Shown: positions 51,570 to 64,000 of the stretch, piece by piece
Numbering within the stretch: the first letter of the stretch is position 1
Layout: every line of letters begins with the position of its first letter
DNA from: Paraphysomonas bandaiensis
Lineage: Eukaryota; Protista; Chrysophyceae
Direction of reading: 5' to 3'
Assembly (NCBI GenBank): GCA_965644295.1
Contig: CBFFRP010000145.1
Span: 62,001-126,000, forward strand
DNA length: 64,000 nt
Program-made: the position numbers and the translations under genes
The notes under the pieces: generated by a model
The model's input: only the letters and a program-made list of their open reading frames with translations
Database searches by the model: none
What the model was told of the DNA's origin: nothing

Positions 51570-54549
51570 ATGGCCTCTTACAAGAGCAAAGGAAGCGTAA
51601 GGAGTCAGCATGGAGGGAGGTCGACTGCGGGTCGTGTTGTGGATGAGAGCGATGGCCTTCAGAAGCCTCTAGCGGCTACTCTCATACAGGAGTTCCAGAA
51701 CCTGAAAGATAAATTCAAAGAAGACGATGAGTATGATAGAGGTGTGTGTCTGTATGTTTGTATAGTGAGTGAGCTGATGATGTGCGCAGAGGCCCCCTAT
51801 CAGTATCTGGAGAAGGCCACTGTGCTGCAGGAGTGCCGCGTGTTTCATGATGCATCTGTTGTCACTCAGAATCCGCGCCGATGCTGTTTGCTTATCACGA
51901 AATTACTTTTTCTTCTTGTAAAGGGCGATACATTTACGTCATCTGAAATCACAGAAGTGTTTTTTGGTGTCACCAAACTATTTCAATCATCAGATGTGAA
52001 TCTTCGGCGCATGATGTATCTATTTATTAAGGAGGTGGCACAAACTTGCAATCCAGATGACGTTATCATTGTTACAAGCTCTCTTACGAAAGATATGAAT
52101 ACGGGCGAGGATTTATATCGTGCCAATTCTATGAGAGTTTTGGCCAAGATTATAGATGCAGCCATGCTTGGCGCGATAGAGCGGTATTTGAAACAAGCTA
52201 TCGTTGATAGAAATGCTTTCGTGGCCTCTTCGGCGCTCATGGCTGGACTACAACTCTTTCGCACTTGTCCAGATGTGGTTCGGCGTTGGATCAATGAAGT
52301 GCAGGAGGCAGTTACGTCAGTGAATGATATGGTGCAGTATCACGCTCTTTCCCTGCTCTACAATATCAAACAGCACGACCGTCTCGCTGTCTCCAAAACG
52401 GTACAGCAACTTTCAAAAGGATCTCTCCGTTCTCCCTTGGCGACCTGTCTCCTTATACGATACACCAGTGGTCTCCTGCGAGAGGACATGAGCTCCACGA
52501 ACGCTCGTAATTCGTACCAGTTTCTGGAGAACTGTTTAAGGCACAAGAGCGACATGGTAATATACGAAGCAGCTAAAGCTATTTGCAACCTACCTGGAGT
52601 GGAGGCTTCGGACTTAAACCCTGCTATTACAGTGCTTCAGCTCTTTTTATCTTCTCCTAAACCCTCTTTGCGATTTGCAGCTATCCGTACCCTGAGTGAA
52701 GTAGCTACCCGCCACCCCTCTAGTCTGTCGAAATGCAATGATGATATGGAAGGCCTGGTGGGTGATTCGAACAGGTCCATCGCAACCTTAGCTATCACCA
52801 CTCTTCTTAAGACTGGCAACGAATCCAGTATTGAGCGGCTAATGAAGCAGATTTCTTCATTTATGACCGAAATAGGTGATGAATTTAAAGTGGTGGTGGT
52901 GCAGGCTGTTCGTGAACTCTGTGTCAAGTATCCATCCAAAAATAGAATTCTTGTGGGCTTCCTTGCCACTTTCCTGAGGGAAGAGGGTGGCTTTGATTTC
53001 AAAAAGAGCATCGTGGACAGCATCTTGGATCTGATGCAGTCCATTCCAGAGACGAAAGAAACATCTCTACTTCACTTGTGTGAGTTTATAGAGGACTGCG
53101 AGTTTGGCGAGCTCATCGTGCAGGTGATGCATGTTCTCGGGCGTGTAGGCCCGACCACATCTGCACCATCCCGTTATATTCGCTTCATTTTCAATAGGGT
53201 GATTTTGGAAAACGCTGCAGTGCGTGCAGCAGCAGTCAGTACTCTAGGGTCATTCGCCACACGCCTTCCGGAGCTTCGCCCCTCCATCATTATACTCCTG
53301 AAGCGATCCCTTAGTGATGATGATGACGAGGTTCGTGATCGTGCTGCGGTGCTACTCAAGACTTTTGAGGGTCGCGAAGGGGGCGACGAAGGTACAGAGG
53401 AAGAAAAGACTGTGAAGGACATCAGTACACTCAATTTCTTGTTGGAAGAGCCTTTGCCTATGTCTTTTTCTGCTCTTGATAGGTCCGTAAGGGCATACGT
53501 ATCCCACCCTTCTGCCACAACGGACCCACGCCCTCTGTCCATTGCCTCGTTACCCATTATAGAAGATACATACTCGCAGGTTGCTGCCTCCAAGGCTGCT
53601 GCAACAGGGAGATCCATTGGTAGTGCTGTGGGGGCGAGCAAGGCCAGCGGGGTGACTCAAGCAGAGAATGAGACTCACGCAGACCCAGCCAGTGCTTTAT
53701 ATAAGATCCCAGAGCTAGCCCACCTTGGCAGAGCATTCCGGTCCACGAAGGAGATAGCACTGACAGAGTCTGAAATGGAATATGTGGTCTCCTGTGTAAA
53801 GCACATATTTGATGCCCATGTGGTACTGCAGTTTGCAGTGGTGAACACAATTGATGATCAGCGCCTGATTGATGTGGGAGTGGCCGTAGAATTATCAGAC
53901 GAGGACTCATATTGTGTGGAAAGCGAGGTGCGTGCCCCAGTGGCTAGGTACGCGGATACTACCCACTGTTATGTCTGTATCGCCCGGGCAGATGATACCA
54001 ACCCAGGGGCTACCTGTACGGTTTCATGTGAGTTGCGATTCCGTGTGGTTCAGGTCGATCCCACCACAGGGGAAGTGGAGGGTGATGAAGAAGGATACGA
54101 AGAGGAATATGCTCTTGAGGCTGTTGATATCAACACCAATGACTTCATGGCAAAAATTTCCTTCCCTGATTTCCGTCGATCATGGTGGGTGCATGATTTG
54201 TTATTGTGTTGGTGATAGTTTTAACTGAATCACTTGTAGGGAACAAGTTGGCAACGATGGTGAGGTACTAGAGAAGTTCGCTCTACAATTTAAGAAACTT
54301 ACTGATGCGGTAGCGGCAGTAGTAGACTTTCTTGGCATGCAACCTTGTGATGGCACTGGCACTGTAAGCGAGTCCTCATTAAAGAGTAAGTCGCACACAC
54401 TTCACCTCACTGGCATGTTCCTCGGAAACGTATCTGTACTGGTACGGGCTCAGCTACAGCTCGATGAGGCTGCAGGGGTTGTGCTTAAAATGGCAGTGAG
54501 ATCAGAGAACAGGGAAGTGAGTCAAATGGTGGCGGAGTGCATTCGTTAA
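51570..54549 (+). CDS. COPG: Coatomer subunit gamma
   Basis: LEKATVLQECRVF, FFGVTKLFQS, LCEFIEDCEF, RFIFNRVILEN, LTESEMEYVV, FLGMQPCDGT. Introns at ~51742-51789 and ~54185-54239. Confidence 0.96.
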
Positions 54550-56280
54550 TATTTCAAAGTGTGCGTTTGTGAAGTGACTTGACTATGAAGGTGCTGTACA
54601 TTAGTGTAGTCTTGCCAAATGAGGTGATGTGATAACGTAGTGATGAAAGAAGTATGTCTCATTTTGGTACTGCTGCCGTAAGTTTCAATTCATGCTGGAG
54701 TACGTATAGTTAAGAATCTTTCGGCAATTCAATTTGTGTACACTTCGAAATATCGCAAGTATCGTTTCATTGACTTTGAACAGAAATTTATGCCTTATTG
54801 CCGAAGAGCCTAAAATATATCATTTCTTATCTACACACAATGCCACATGCAGACGAAATGTGAATTACTATAAGAAAGTATAGAGCTCTTGCACACGCAC
54901 TCTATCTAACAATAGCATTGCAATATATAGTTCCCTACTACCTACTAGTCCTGGTGTAATTATTGTGTGGATTTCTAAACTTATCGAAACGGGTTGCCAG
55001 AGAACAATCCACGTCACTTAGATCGAATTTTTATTCCGTATTCTGGTTCGTTTCTATTATAAACTTCCAAAATAGTATATTTTGGCCCATATATGATATA
55101 TTTGTTAATATTATATATTAAGTCTTTATAACGACTAACGTAAGATGTTAGTAAAATGTAGTTATGACTTAACAGTTTCTTCTATGTTGGGATAACTGCC
55201 GTAGCATATAATTACTTATGCTTTAATATATCCCCAAAAATAAATATGAGAAATGTGATCGAGAAATAGATGACAAGAAACAAGAAACATAATTGTACAC
55301 AGGACATTTTAGTTGAAAACATATCAGAATTGTACAAACTAGCAGATAGAGCTCGCTTTTAATTTGTTAATTGCGTGTAAAAGCCTAATTACCAATCCAG
55401 TCGAGCAGAATTTACTTGTTTCATTCGTCAAGCTTAAACATTATTCTTTTATTCGTGACCAAGAAATTTACCCCCCCCCATTATTGCCACAACGAAAAGA
55501 TCTCAACAGCTTAAAATTTAGTGCTTAATCTTATACAAGAGTGTTTCATGCTCAGTCAACATTATGCGCACCTGTACGAGACGTATTACGTATTACTACT
55601 AAAAACAAACCACGTTATGCTATTTGTACTTTGTACTAAATATATATGTTGTGTACATTTTGCTGACATCGACAACTGAAATCTGAAATATTTTCATTTA
55701 TCTTGCTATCATTCATGTTGTTTGATAAACATCATTTCTTTAGTTGTATGGCTAAAGTTATTGCCTCCAAGCGATCTACTCATTAAGCTACTGTGAAACA
55801 ACAGGACTATTTAGCAATGACTACTTCTTCGAATTTAGTTGCGATAAAATACTTACGATAAAATTCACCGAAGAGTATGTTGTAGATACAAAATTTATGT
55901 AGCACGGACCCCAGACTCTTTAGTCAGACACACATGCAAGCCTGTCGCACATATCTAGTAATTAGCAGTCTCTGTTAGAAGTATTTTAGATAGTTTTACA
56001 CCACAGAAAATATGACAAAAGTAGCAGATATATATCACAGCAGTGAAATGTATCTGATTCTAACTTTCAACGATGTGACTACACATAAAAAAGAACATTA
56101 AAAACGTGCATGATACGAGCACATTAAACACCAAAAACAACTCATGTAGTTGTCACGAACGACAAGAGGACCGAAGAACAAAAAGATCTTTCCGGCAATA
56201 TACTTTATCCAATGAGGAGGCGTAGTATAATTACTACTCTATGAGACTTTCTATGTCTCCTGTATGTGGATCCAAGGTTG

Positions 56281-58638
56281 TCACCGCCGTGCAAGCGTAG
56301 CCTTTAGAGAATGCCATTTTTTCAGACACTGATAAACATTTAAATCGCGACTACAAAAACGCAACATAAACTTACACAATTTCTTCAAAACATCTTCTAC
56401 ATTTTCCAGGCTACACGGCTTAGTGATAACATCATTTGCACCAGATAGCATAAACCCTTCAATATCTTCAGGTGTAACATTTCCGGTCAAAAAAACAATC
56501 ATCCCCTGATATCCCATAGTTCGAATAAGTGCTGTGGCATCTGTACCACACATTTCCGGCATAGTGGCATCCATAAATATCAAATCAAAAGGAGAGTCAG
56601 AGTCGATCGACTCTCGTACTTTATCCACCGCTTCAAGGCCATTCTCTGCTTGAGATATGTGACCAACTTTAGGTTCAATTAGACGGGTTAGCATCTTTCG
56701 ATTCACTGCGGAGTCGTCAACCACAAGAACCTTCACATCACTTTCACTTAAAGAATTTTGTTCACAAATACCACACGTCGGAAGGAAACTCTTCTCAGTT
56801 CGCTGACGTGGAGTTGTGGCACTGAATACCTGGTTAGTCGCCTCAGAAGCAACATCCAGCTCCACAAAGAACAAAGAGCCTACGCCAGGCTTAGAAGTGA
56901 CTCCTATGCGTCCCCCATGAAGGTCCATTATCTTCTTAGATACTGAATATATATAACATATTACAACGCGAGAGATGTGTGATGCATGCAAGTACACTCA
57001 CTCCATAAGCCAATGCCTGACCCACCACCATTTTGCAATTGGGCTGCATTAAACTGAACAATCTCTCCAAATAATTTTTGCTGATTTACCTACAAAACAA
57101 TAAAAAATGTACCCAAATAGGCTGAGTGTATACCGGTGATATTCCTACTCCGTTGTCACGCACTTCGATCCGCACAACGCTGCTGTACAATTCATGCGAA
57201 GTATCATATACTTTGCTTGTTCGAATTCCTGTTACCGCCCTGTGTACATTATTTTCGGGAGAACATGATGCTTTTTCAGTCAAATATGCGTAGACATCAA
57301 CTTGACCCCTCTTGGAAGTAAATTTTAATGCATTTGAAATTAGGTTTCTCAGAACTTGGCTGATCTTTCGATAGTCAGCATTGACGTGAATGTTATATGT
57401 ACTCAGATCAGGGTCGATGCGTGAGGTACCGGTATGTGTATAACACACTTCCTTCTGGCGAGCCTGAGTAGAGTTAGCACATAGTGCAGATGATCAACAA
57501 CTATACCTGAGCACCGAAAGGGTCTGCAACATCTTGGATTAAGCGGACAACAGACACGTATTCTTTCTCTAGCATAACACTACCAGCCTCCAGCTTATTG
57601 GCTAGAAGAAACTCATTCAGGATGTCAATTGCTACTTTACAAGAAGCATTAACATCGTCAAGAATACCCTTGAAATCGGCGCAATTTTGAGCTACGCTAT
57701 CCCACTCTTTGGTCAGCAGCTGAATACCCATGTAAACTGCATTCAGAGGTGTCCGGATTTCATGAGACATGTAGCTTACGTAATCTCGCTTGGTCTTAAT
57801 AGTATGCTGTCATGACATAATTACAAATATATCAATGAGATGCGAAACAAACCTCAGCAATGGACTTATCATGCCTTGCTTGGCGTCCAGGGATAGTAGT
57901 CGCAAGAATGCAGATTATCATGTCAACATATCCTGTGTTTCTTAAGTCACTGGTCACAATTAGCAATACAAATTTCAAGACAATATTCAATGTAAAAAGG
58001 AGTGGATAAAACATAGCGTACAACGCATCTACTTTGGCCTTAGGAGATAATATCATTGATTTGTGCCAGCGATGCAAAACAATCACACCAACAATGAGTG
58101 CAGTTGCAACTGATATCCCACGACAGATTGAATTCCAAGAATATGTAACAATATCAGGTCGGAATGGTCTCCACAGAAACGACTGCATAACGAATATGGT
58201 CAATACCCACACACAACCTACTGTTACCACGGTTTTCCATGAGCACCCATCGTATAACAAAAGGCTCAACAGCGCCCCTCGAAGCAAAATCTCTCGTGCC
58301 AGCAAACCAACAAAAGCAAACGGAACAGCACCGGATGTTCCAGCCACAGCATATGCGATGTAAGTCATTAGTCCGGGGAGTGCTAACGAGAGAACTATCA
58401 AATATCGCGGAAGAATGTCACGAAGTGGTAAGCGGAAGTCAAGCAGCGTGTCCAGAGCCATCGGTAGAGCAGCTGAAAATGTGGCGATAAGAGATGCATT
58501 GAAGAGGTACCCACTGTATAAGTCAACTGAGGCGAAAAACAATGAATCAGAAAAATTCTGATTGGTCAGCACAGGCAGGATGGAGGAGAGAGCAGCTAGT
58601 AGGGTCATAGTGATACATATCTCGCAGGCGTACTTCAT
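56281..58638 (-). CDS. Membrane hybrid histidine kinase (multi-TM + HisKA + HATPase_c + receiver); multi-exon, 3' end approximate
   Basis: H-box MSHEIRTPLN, N-box QVLRNLISNALKFT, G1 RDNGVGIS, G2 GGSGIGLW, receiver VVDDS..DLIFMD..TKP. About 7-8 hydrophobic segments at the N-terminus. Confidence 0.93.
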
Positions 58639-59184
58639 GGTAGAGGCGCAGTGCAGTGCAGAGCATTAACTGGCGAACCAACACTGTCGAGCTATATATT
58701 GCTACAGTTTGATGGCGAATAACAAGCTCTGACTGGTGCGGTGTGACAGTGATGTGTGTCTTGTCTGTGGGAGTGAGGGGATAGTGCAGGGGCCAAGTGA
58801 CAGCAGTGCGGAGTGGGACCCATACGCTGGAAGTCGAGTGTTCATACAGGAGCACACTGGATATGGATGTGTTTTTTTGGGTATCTTCAACATGATGAAG
58901 TCGTGTGTGAGGTGAAAGAATTCGATTCGTCGAATGAAGCATCCTCTATATTTATTGGAGGTATATTATTGGCTTCTTACTCTTCAGTGATATGTTCAGT
59001 GTAGCAATTACTGTATATGGCCGGCATACTCCACACTACAGCACCATATACAACAGCACTGCTGCAGCTAACGTTACGGTTCATCTTGAAACAGCGGAAC
59101 AGTGAGACATGCATAAGAGATCGTCTCAAGAGTCTCTCAGCCTGCCTATAACTGACTATCGAGAGGAATGTAGGCATAGAAGAC

Positions 59185-60778
59185 ATGTTTTCAAAACTTC
59201 GACCCACTAATGAAGCTGCAGAGAAAAGAAGATTTTTTGCTGCCGTGAGGAGAGGAAAGGTCTACAATCCTCTATTTCAGTACTCAGATGAAGCGTTTTG
59301 TCAAGAAGTAATTGCTGCTTTTGATACTGTGTTTTATACCAATGCTTACGCGGAGATGGCGGAAAAGATTCTAGATGCGGTGATTGCCAAATACGGGGAT
59401 GGCGCCCAATACAAGGCCCTCGTTTGGGGACGCCAAATCAGGTAGATATACACTGTTTGCTTACACTTGTCTAAATTTGTATGTTAGTCCGAAGCATTCA
59501 CTCAACAGGGCAAGAGAGTATATTCAAGAGCACAATCTTAGTGCCAAAGCTGTGATGGGCGATACTATGGTGACTACAATGGGAAACAAAACACTGAATC
59601 TTGTTCCTACACCAGGATATTACAGGTAAGTGTCATCCGTTGGTCATTATATAGTATGACGAGGTCATTATAGAGATATTCGCCTGGAGAGTTTGCTTGA
59701 CCACGAACTGTCAGTGCACTATATTCGACGGGTCAATCATCGAAACCTAGAGTCCAACATAAGGTATGTGATATACATTGTGAACACCACTTCTGCAGGC
59801 GTAACGATCGAAGCAATAGTTTCAAGAACTATCAACAGTGTTTTATTACTATTTTTGCTGAGATATACATTTACTTATTGTGTATTCGTATTTTTCATGC
59901 TACTAGCCGACTACGGTGTCACTGATTTATGTAGGAAAAGTCTTCGTGGCCAGCGTGCCCAGTGGGTGTCATCCCAGCTCTCCACGGAGCATACCGTTCA
60001 GCCCAATATCTCGCGGCTGCTGGAGAAGCAGTCTCTTACAATGGATGAGGAGGGACTGGCCTCACTTGTGACGCACGCCTGGTATACGAACTGCTATCTA
60101 CTATTCCAGCCAGCGCTATGCAACTATATTGTACATCAAGCTAGAAGACTATCCTTTCATGACCTGTATCAACTCATTGTAAAGAAAGGGTATTGTGTGG
60201 ACGAGGATGATGCCTGGACACAGGTACAAAACTATGGTAGAGATTTTTTATGTGCATCAACTGTGCAGTATATATCGCGATTTGGAATCTAAAACAATTG
60301 TACTTTTTGTTGAGATGTTTTGCTTATGAGTCAATAAATATTAATATTTATTGCTCTTTGTTCAATAGGTGATGCGAGCGAAACGAGGATGCCGAGACAC
60401 GTCAATACCAGGGGCATTTTGCAAAGACATCCTCTACTTTATAGGTAGCTGTTGTTGCATATACAAGTTGCTGTTCTCTGTTCTCCTGCCCGTTGAAATG
60501 TCTAGGTATTGCTCACGTTTTCCCAATCTACAGGGGCCATAAGACTTCTTGACGAACTAGACCGCGTCGATTTACGCCTTCTCTTCCTAGGAAAGCTACG
60601 ACTAGAGGAGTATTATAGTCTCTCCCGGTATTTATGTCAGAATCTTCATGATAGTATTTCTTCTGATGAACAAGGAAAAGCATGTTTACCACATTTTCTG
60701 GCTACTCCAAGTGACGCAGAAAAGTATATGGAGAGACTACAAGCAGTGAAACGCGAAAACTTTAAATTTTGTGTTTAA
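59185..60778 (+). CDS. MATCAP: MATCAP/KIAA0895-like (DUF1704) metallocarboxypeptidase; multi-exon
   Basis: YNPLFQY, LDHELSVHYIR (HExxxH), EEGLASL, LSFHDLY, and RAKRGCRDTSIPGAFCKDILYFIG (exon ~60369-60444). Confidence 0.85.
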
Positions 60779-61731
60779 TGGAAATCTAAAACCATAACCT
60801 TCGCCACACTGATTGGTATGACTGCTGCACTATATATGCGTGAAGATTTACTGTATTAATCGGATTTTCATTGTCGTATACTGTAAATTTATTAAAGTCT
60901 GTCTATAATATATATATAATATATACTATTGGAAATTGAGACTATGTTAGTGTGAATTATACAGGAACATATAAGCATATGTACACATCAACTGAGTCAA
61001 TTGGCTATGTGCCCAATCCCAAAGTGCATTTAAGATATTGCTTTTGAAATAGTCCACTATGACATGGTAAATGTTGAGTTGACTTTACCAATTGCACTCT
61101 ATTAACTCACTTTAATAGCACAGTATATATCGCATCATACTGCGGGACTCAACAGTAAAAATTATTTATTTCCAATCTTCCAATGCATAAGAGGCTATTT
61201 TTAGCGCTGATTCTACATACTCACTTAAACCTTACGTGCTCAAACCCTTCGCCATGTCAACTGCTCGTGTAGTCGTGTAGATCACAGATTCCAACAATGC
61301 CATAATAGCTCTCCCCTACCTTGGATGTATACATGTATAATGTATACATGGAGCTTCTTTTCGTCTATGGTCAATGTATGCGTTAATTGGCCTGCCAAGG
61401 CATTGGTTAGCTTACTTATCCCTTAAAATACATGCATAGATCACGCATATATAATTAGCACGATCACTACACTAGGGTACTTCATAGGAAGAGGGAAACA
61501 CGAATTTCGTATTTTCTCCTATCTCTTCTACCGAGGGCTCGCCAGGACTAACTATTGTTGTCAGTTTTGTGCTGGTGATACACTTTTGGCACTACACTAA
61601 TATTAAGAAGAACATTTCATACACCTAAAATATAAATCGCACATACCGTAAAGCTCGCTAATATCTTTATTTACCACAAATATATACATATACAAAAAAT
61701 TAGCCGCAATGTTTTACACATGACAACAACA

Positions 61732-62118
61732 CTACGCATCGGCCGATAATAAATGACTACGCAAAATTACATTAGCACATCTTTCGACGTTGGATCTCTG
61801 AGTTTGGCACATGTTGGGGGTCTTGATTTGACATTGCTGCAGCTTACTGATATAGCCAGCGCATTTCCTAGTAACATCACCATATGCTCTGTCGACCGAC
61901 TTCCTGCACTCCTGAAGCTTGACACTTTCTCGTTTCACACAGTCCGTATCGCCCTGGACACATGGTTTCGCGAGCTTGTTGCAAAGAGAGTAGTCGTGCT
62001 TCAAGTGCGCTGCAGCTATCTGCTGAGGCTGACTGAAAGTAACAAACGCGCTATACAGGCAGGCCATGTACATGGCAGCAAGCAGCAGAACTTTCACAAC
62101 ATCAACCCCACACTTCAT
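61732..62118 (-). CDS. Small Cys-rich protein with N-terminal hydrophobic helix and twin CX9C motif
   Basis: 128-aa ORF with CAGYISKLQQC and CQTQRSNVERC (both CX9C), plus a CX6C/CX10C pair. Confidence 0.6.
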   Translation of the reverse strand: MKCGVDVVKVLLLAAMYMACLYSAFVTFSQPQQIAAAHLKHDYSLCNKLAKPCVQGDTDCVKRESVKLQECRKSVDRAYGDVTRKCAGYISKLQQCQIKTPNMCQTQRSNVERCANVILRSHLLSADA

Positions 62119-62531
62119 GTTTCGATCTCAGATTAGTGAGCTGGAAGCCTCCTGTGAGAACTCGCTCTGCCTGTGTACGCCTCCATGCTGCCTCAGCTCA
62201 TAGTGCTATACTACCACCGTATACCGCGTATACCATCCCCTTCACATGTACAGCAGCATACATCAGTGTATGTGAGCAGGCGTGCATGTATGTGTATGTA
62301 TGTGTGTACATGACTATGAGGCTCTTCAGTTACTCTTTCAGTTATTCGCTTCATACTTTAAGCAGCAGACTATCGACACACAGTGACTACATCTAGATGT
62401 CACCAGTGGTTGACTGGGCAGTCATCGCTGCGTAGGTCCATTAATATACCCAACTAGTGGCGCGGCTGCAGGGCTGTGGCGTTCTATAATCGCAATGCAG
62501 TGTCCATTCTCCGCAACGAATATATAAAATC

Positions 62532-64000
62532 ATGGTAGTAATAATTAAGCGAAAGCATGTGAAGCCACCGGCTAAGTATGACAAGGAGCCGATTGCATTC
62601 GATTTGGATGAGTACAGTATCCGCGGGTATGATCCGCCCGATGAACAGGAGGGCAAAGGCGAGGATAGTGCTGAAGAGCTTCCCCCTATATATCCCACGG
62701 CATGGGGCTGGAATTCTAATGGAAGGTCGGGAAACATCACTGCAGATGAGGTACGAGAGCCGCGCTACACTCAGCACTCGGCAGGAAATCGTTTCATTGC
62801 CTGTGCCGCAGGAAAACATCATTCCCTGTTGGTATGCGATGATGGTAAGGTGTACTCATTTGGAGATGGGCGAAAAGGCCAGCTTGGATATGGTAACCCA
62901 TTCTTTGACAAACCTCCAAAGGGAGGACTGGTGCAGGTATTCCCTCGTGTAGTAAACCCAAGCGGCTGTTGCAAGTACAACAGAGATATTAAAGTGACTG
63001 AGGTTGCTTGTGGGTCCACTTTTTCGATTGCTCGTGAGGGCAGCGATGAAGATGGAGTAGACCTATGTCCCGGCCTGAAGGCCCTAGAGTTGTCTCTTGA
63101 TCGTCTTCGAAAGATTTTTCCTGACTGTCACAACGTGCAGTATGCATGGGCCCAGGCTAGGCAAGAGAGAGCAATTTTGAGTCGTTCTTTTGGAGGAAAG
63201 TTGGTCGCATGGGGAACAGGAGCCTATGGTGAACTTGGAATGGGACCTTACCACAAATTTTCTCCCTATCCCCAGATTATACCTAAACTAGACTTTGTAT
63301 CAATCGTGAAAGTATCAGCAGGTGCGCATCATGTGTTGGCGGTGAGTAGTACCGGGGTGCTGTACTCTTGGGGTATGGGTAGGTCAGGCAGACTAGGCCA
63401 CAAAAATAATGCTGACCAGCCTTACCCAAAGGAGGTTCAATATTTCCAGTTGTATCACGTGGAAACTTGTGCAGCTGGGGACGCACATTCAGCAGTAATA
63501 ATGACAAAGCGTCGGGTCAATGCTGATGGAACTCATACCAGAAGCTTGGCTTGCTTTGGAAGAGGTGCTCATGGACGGCTCGGGGTAGGGCATAATCGAA
63601 GCATTAGCAAACCAGCAATTGTCACACAATGGCCACCATCCTTTACATCTGACTATAAACTTATGCAAGTTGCTTGCGGAGGCGCACACACTTTGGCTTT
63701 GGCTTATCGAGAGGTTCCCAAAACACTAGCTAATCCCTACGGAATAGAGACATATGTTTCAGCTTGGGGGTTTGGTACCAATGGTCAACTTGGAGTAGGA
63801 AACTATTTGAAAGATAGTTTCGTACCAGTTAAAGTTCGTATGCCGAAATGGGAAATAGTGTGTGAAGTATCGGCAGGACGTTCTTGGTCGCTAGCTCGCA
63901 CTGTGGCGGGGGAACTATACTCTTGGGGTAAAGGGCTGAGGGGACAGTTAGGCCATGGAAAGCGAAGTTTCTGTATTGCACCCCAGAAGGTTGAAACGTT
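62532..64000 (+). CDS. RCC1-repeat protein, 3'-truncated
   Basis: Open from ATG 62532 to the window end. Repeats AAGKHHSL..VYSFGDGRKGQLG, VACGSTFS, VSAGAHH..YSWGMGRSGRLG, ACGGAHT and WGFGTNGQLG. Confidence 0.92.
   Translation, partial: MVVIIKRKHVKPPAKYDKEPIAFDLDEYSIRGYDPPDEQEGKGEDSAEELPPIYPTAWGWNSNGRSGNITADEVREPRYTQHSAGNRFIACAAGKHHSLLVCDDGKVYSFGDGRKGQLGYGNPFFDKPPKGGLVQVFPRVVNPSGCCKYNRDIKVTEVACGSTFSIAREGSDEDGVDLCPGLKALELSLDRLRKIFPDCHNVQYAWAQARQERAILSRSFGGKLVAWGTGAYGELGMGPYHKFSPYPQIIPKLDFVSIVKVSAGAHHVLAVSSTGVLYSWGMGRSGRLGHKNNADQPYPKEVQYFQLYHVETCAAGDAHSAVIMTKRRVNADGTHTRSLACFGRGAHGRLGVGHNRSISKPAIVTQWPPSFTSDYKLMQVACGGAHTLALAYREVPKTLANPYGIETYVSAWGFGTNGQLGVGNYLKDSFVPVKVRMPKWEIVCEVSAGRSWSLARTVAGELYSWGKGLRGQLGHGKRSFCIAPQKVET

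Noticed and set aside
57832-58638. Histidine-kinase rhodopsin
   Set aside because: No Schiff-base lysine motif is visible in the last TM helix.
5443-64000. A ciliary gene cluster (MORN, DNAH1, MATCAP, RCC1 repeat)
   Set aside because: The genes are dispersed among unrelated loci, and this density is expected by chance in a flagellate genome.

Overview
Eukaryotic nuclear DNA with short GT-AG introns (mostly about 40-150 nt), axonemal dynein, coatomer and a hybrid histidine kinase. It most resembles a flagellated protist, plausibly a stramenopile such as a chrysophyte; this taxonomy is inference. About 18 genes are present. They are a Trf4/PAPD5-type nucleotidyltransferase, a decayed class-3 lipase, a MORN protein, a stand-alone lipoyl-like domain, an S8 subtilase, a GDA1/CD39 apyrase, DNAH1, a secreted selenoprotein glutathione peroxidase, a CDIN1/C15orf41-like nuclease, a secreted chlorophyllase/cutinase-like hydrolase, an ELAV-like RRM protein, a secreted PPC/DUF296 protein, SFT2, COPG, a multi-TM hybrid histidine kinase, a MATCAP/KIAA0895-like tubulin carboxypeptidase, a twin-CX9C small protein and an RCC1-repeat protein. 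Mobile DNA comprises a complete 2.8-kb PIF/Harbinger-superfamily element (15-bp TIRs, AAT TSD, two convergent genes), hAT-type MITEs with 8-bp TSDs, a fold-back element, dispersed repeats and two large (TACA)n arrays. The most interesting signal is the GPx. It has the catalytic in-frame UGA, a second UGA at the penultimate codon of a C-x5-U tail, and a 3' SECIS-like hairpin that lacks the usual apical adenines. All calls come from manual reading with no database searches, and exon boundaries are manual predictions.
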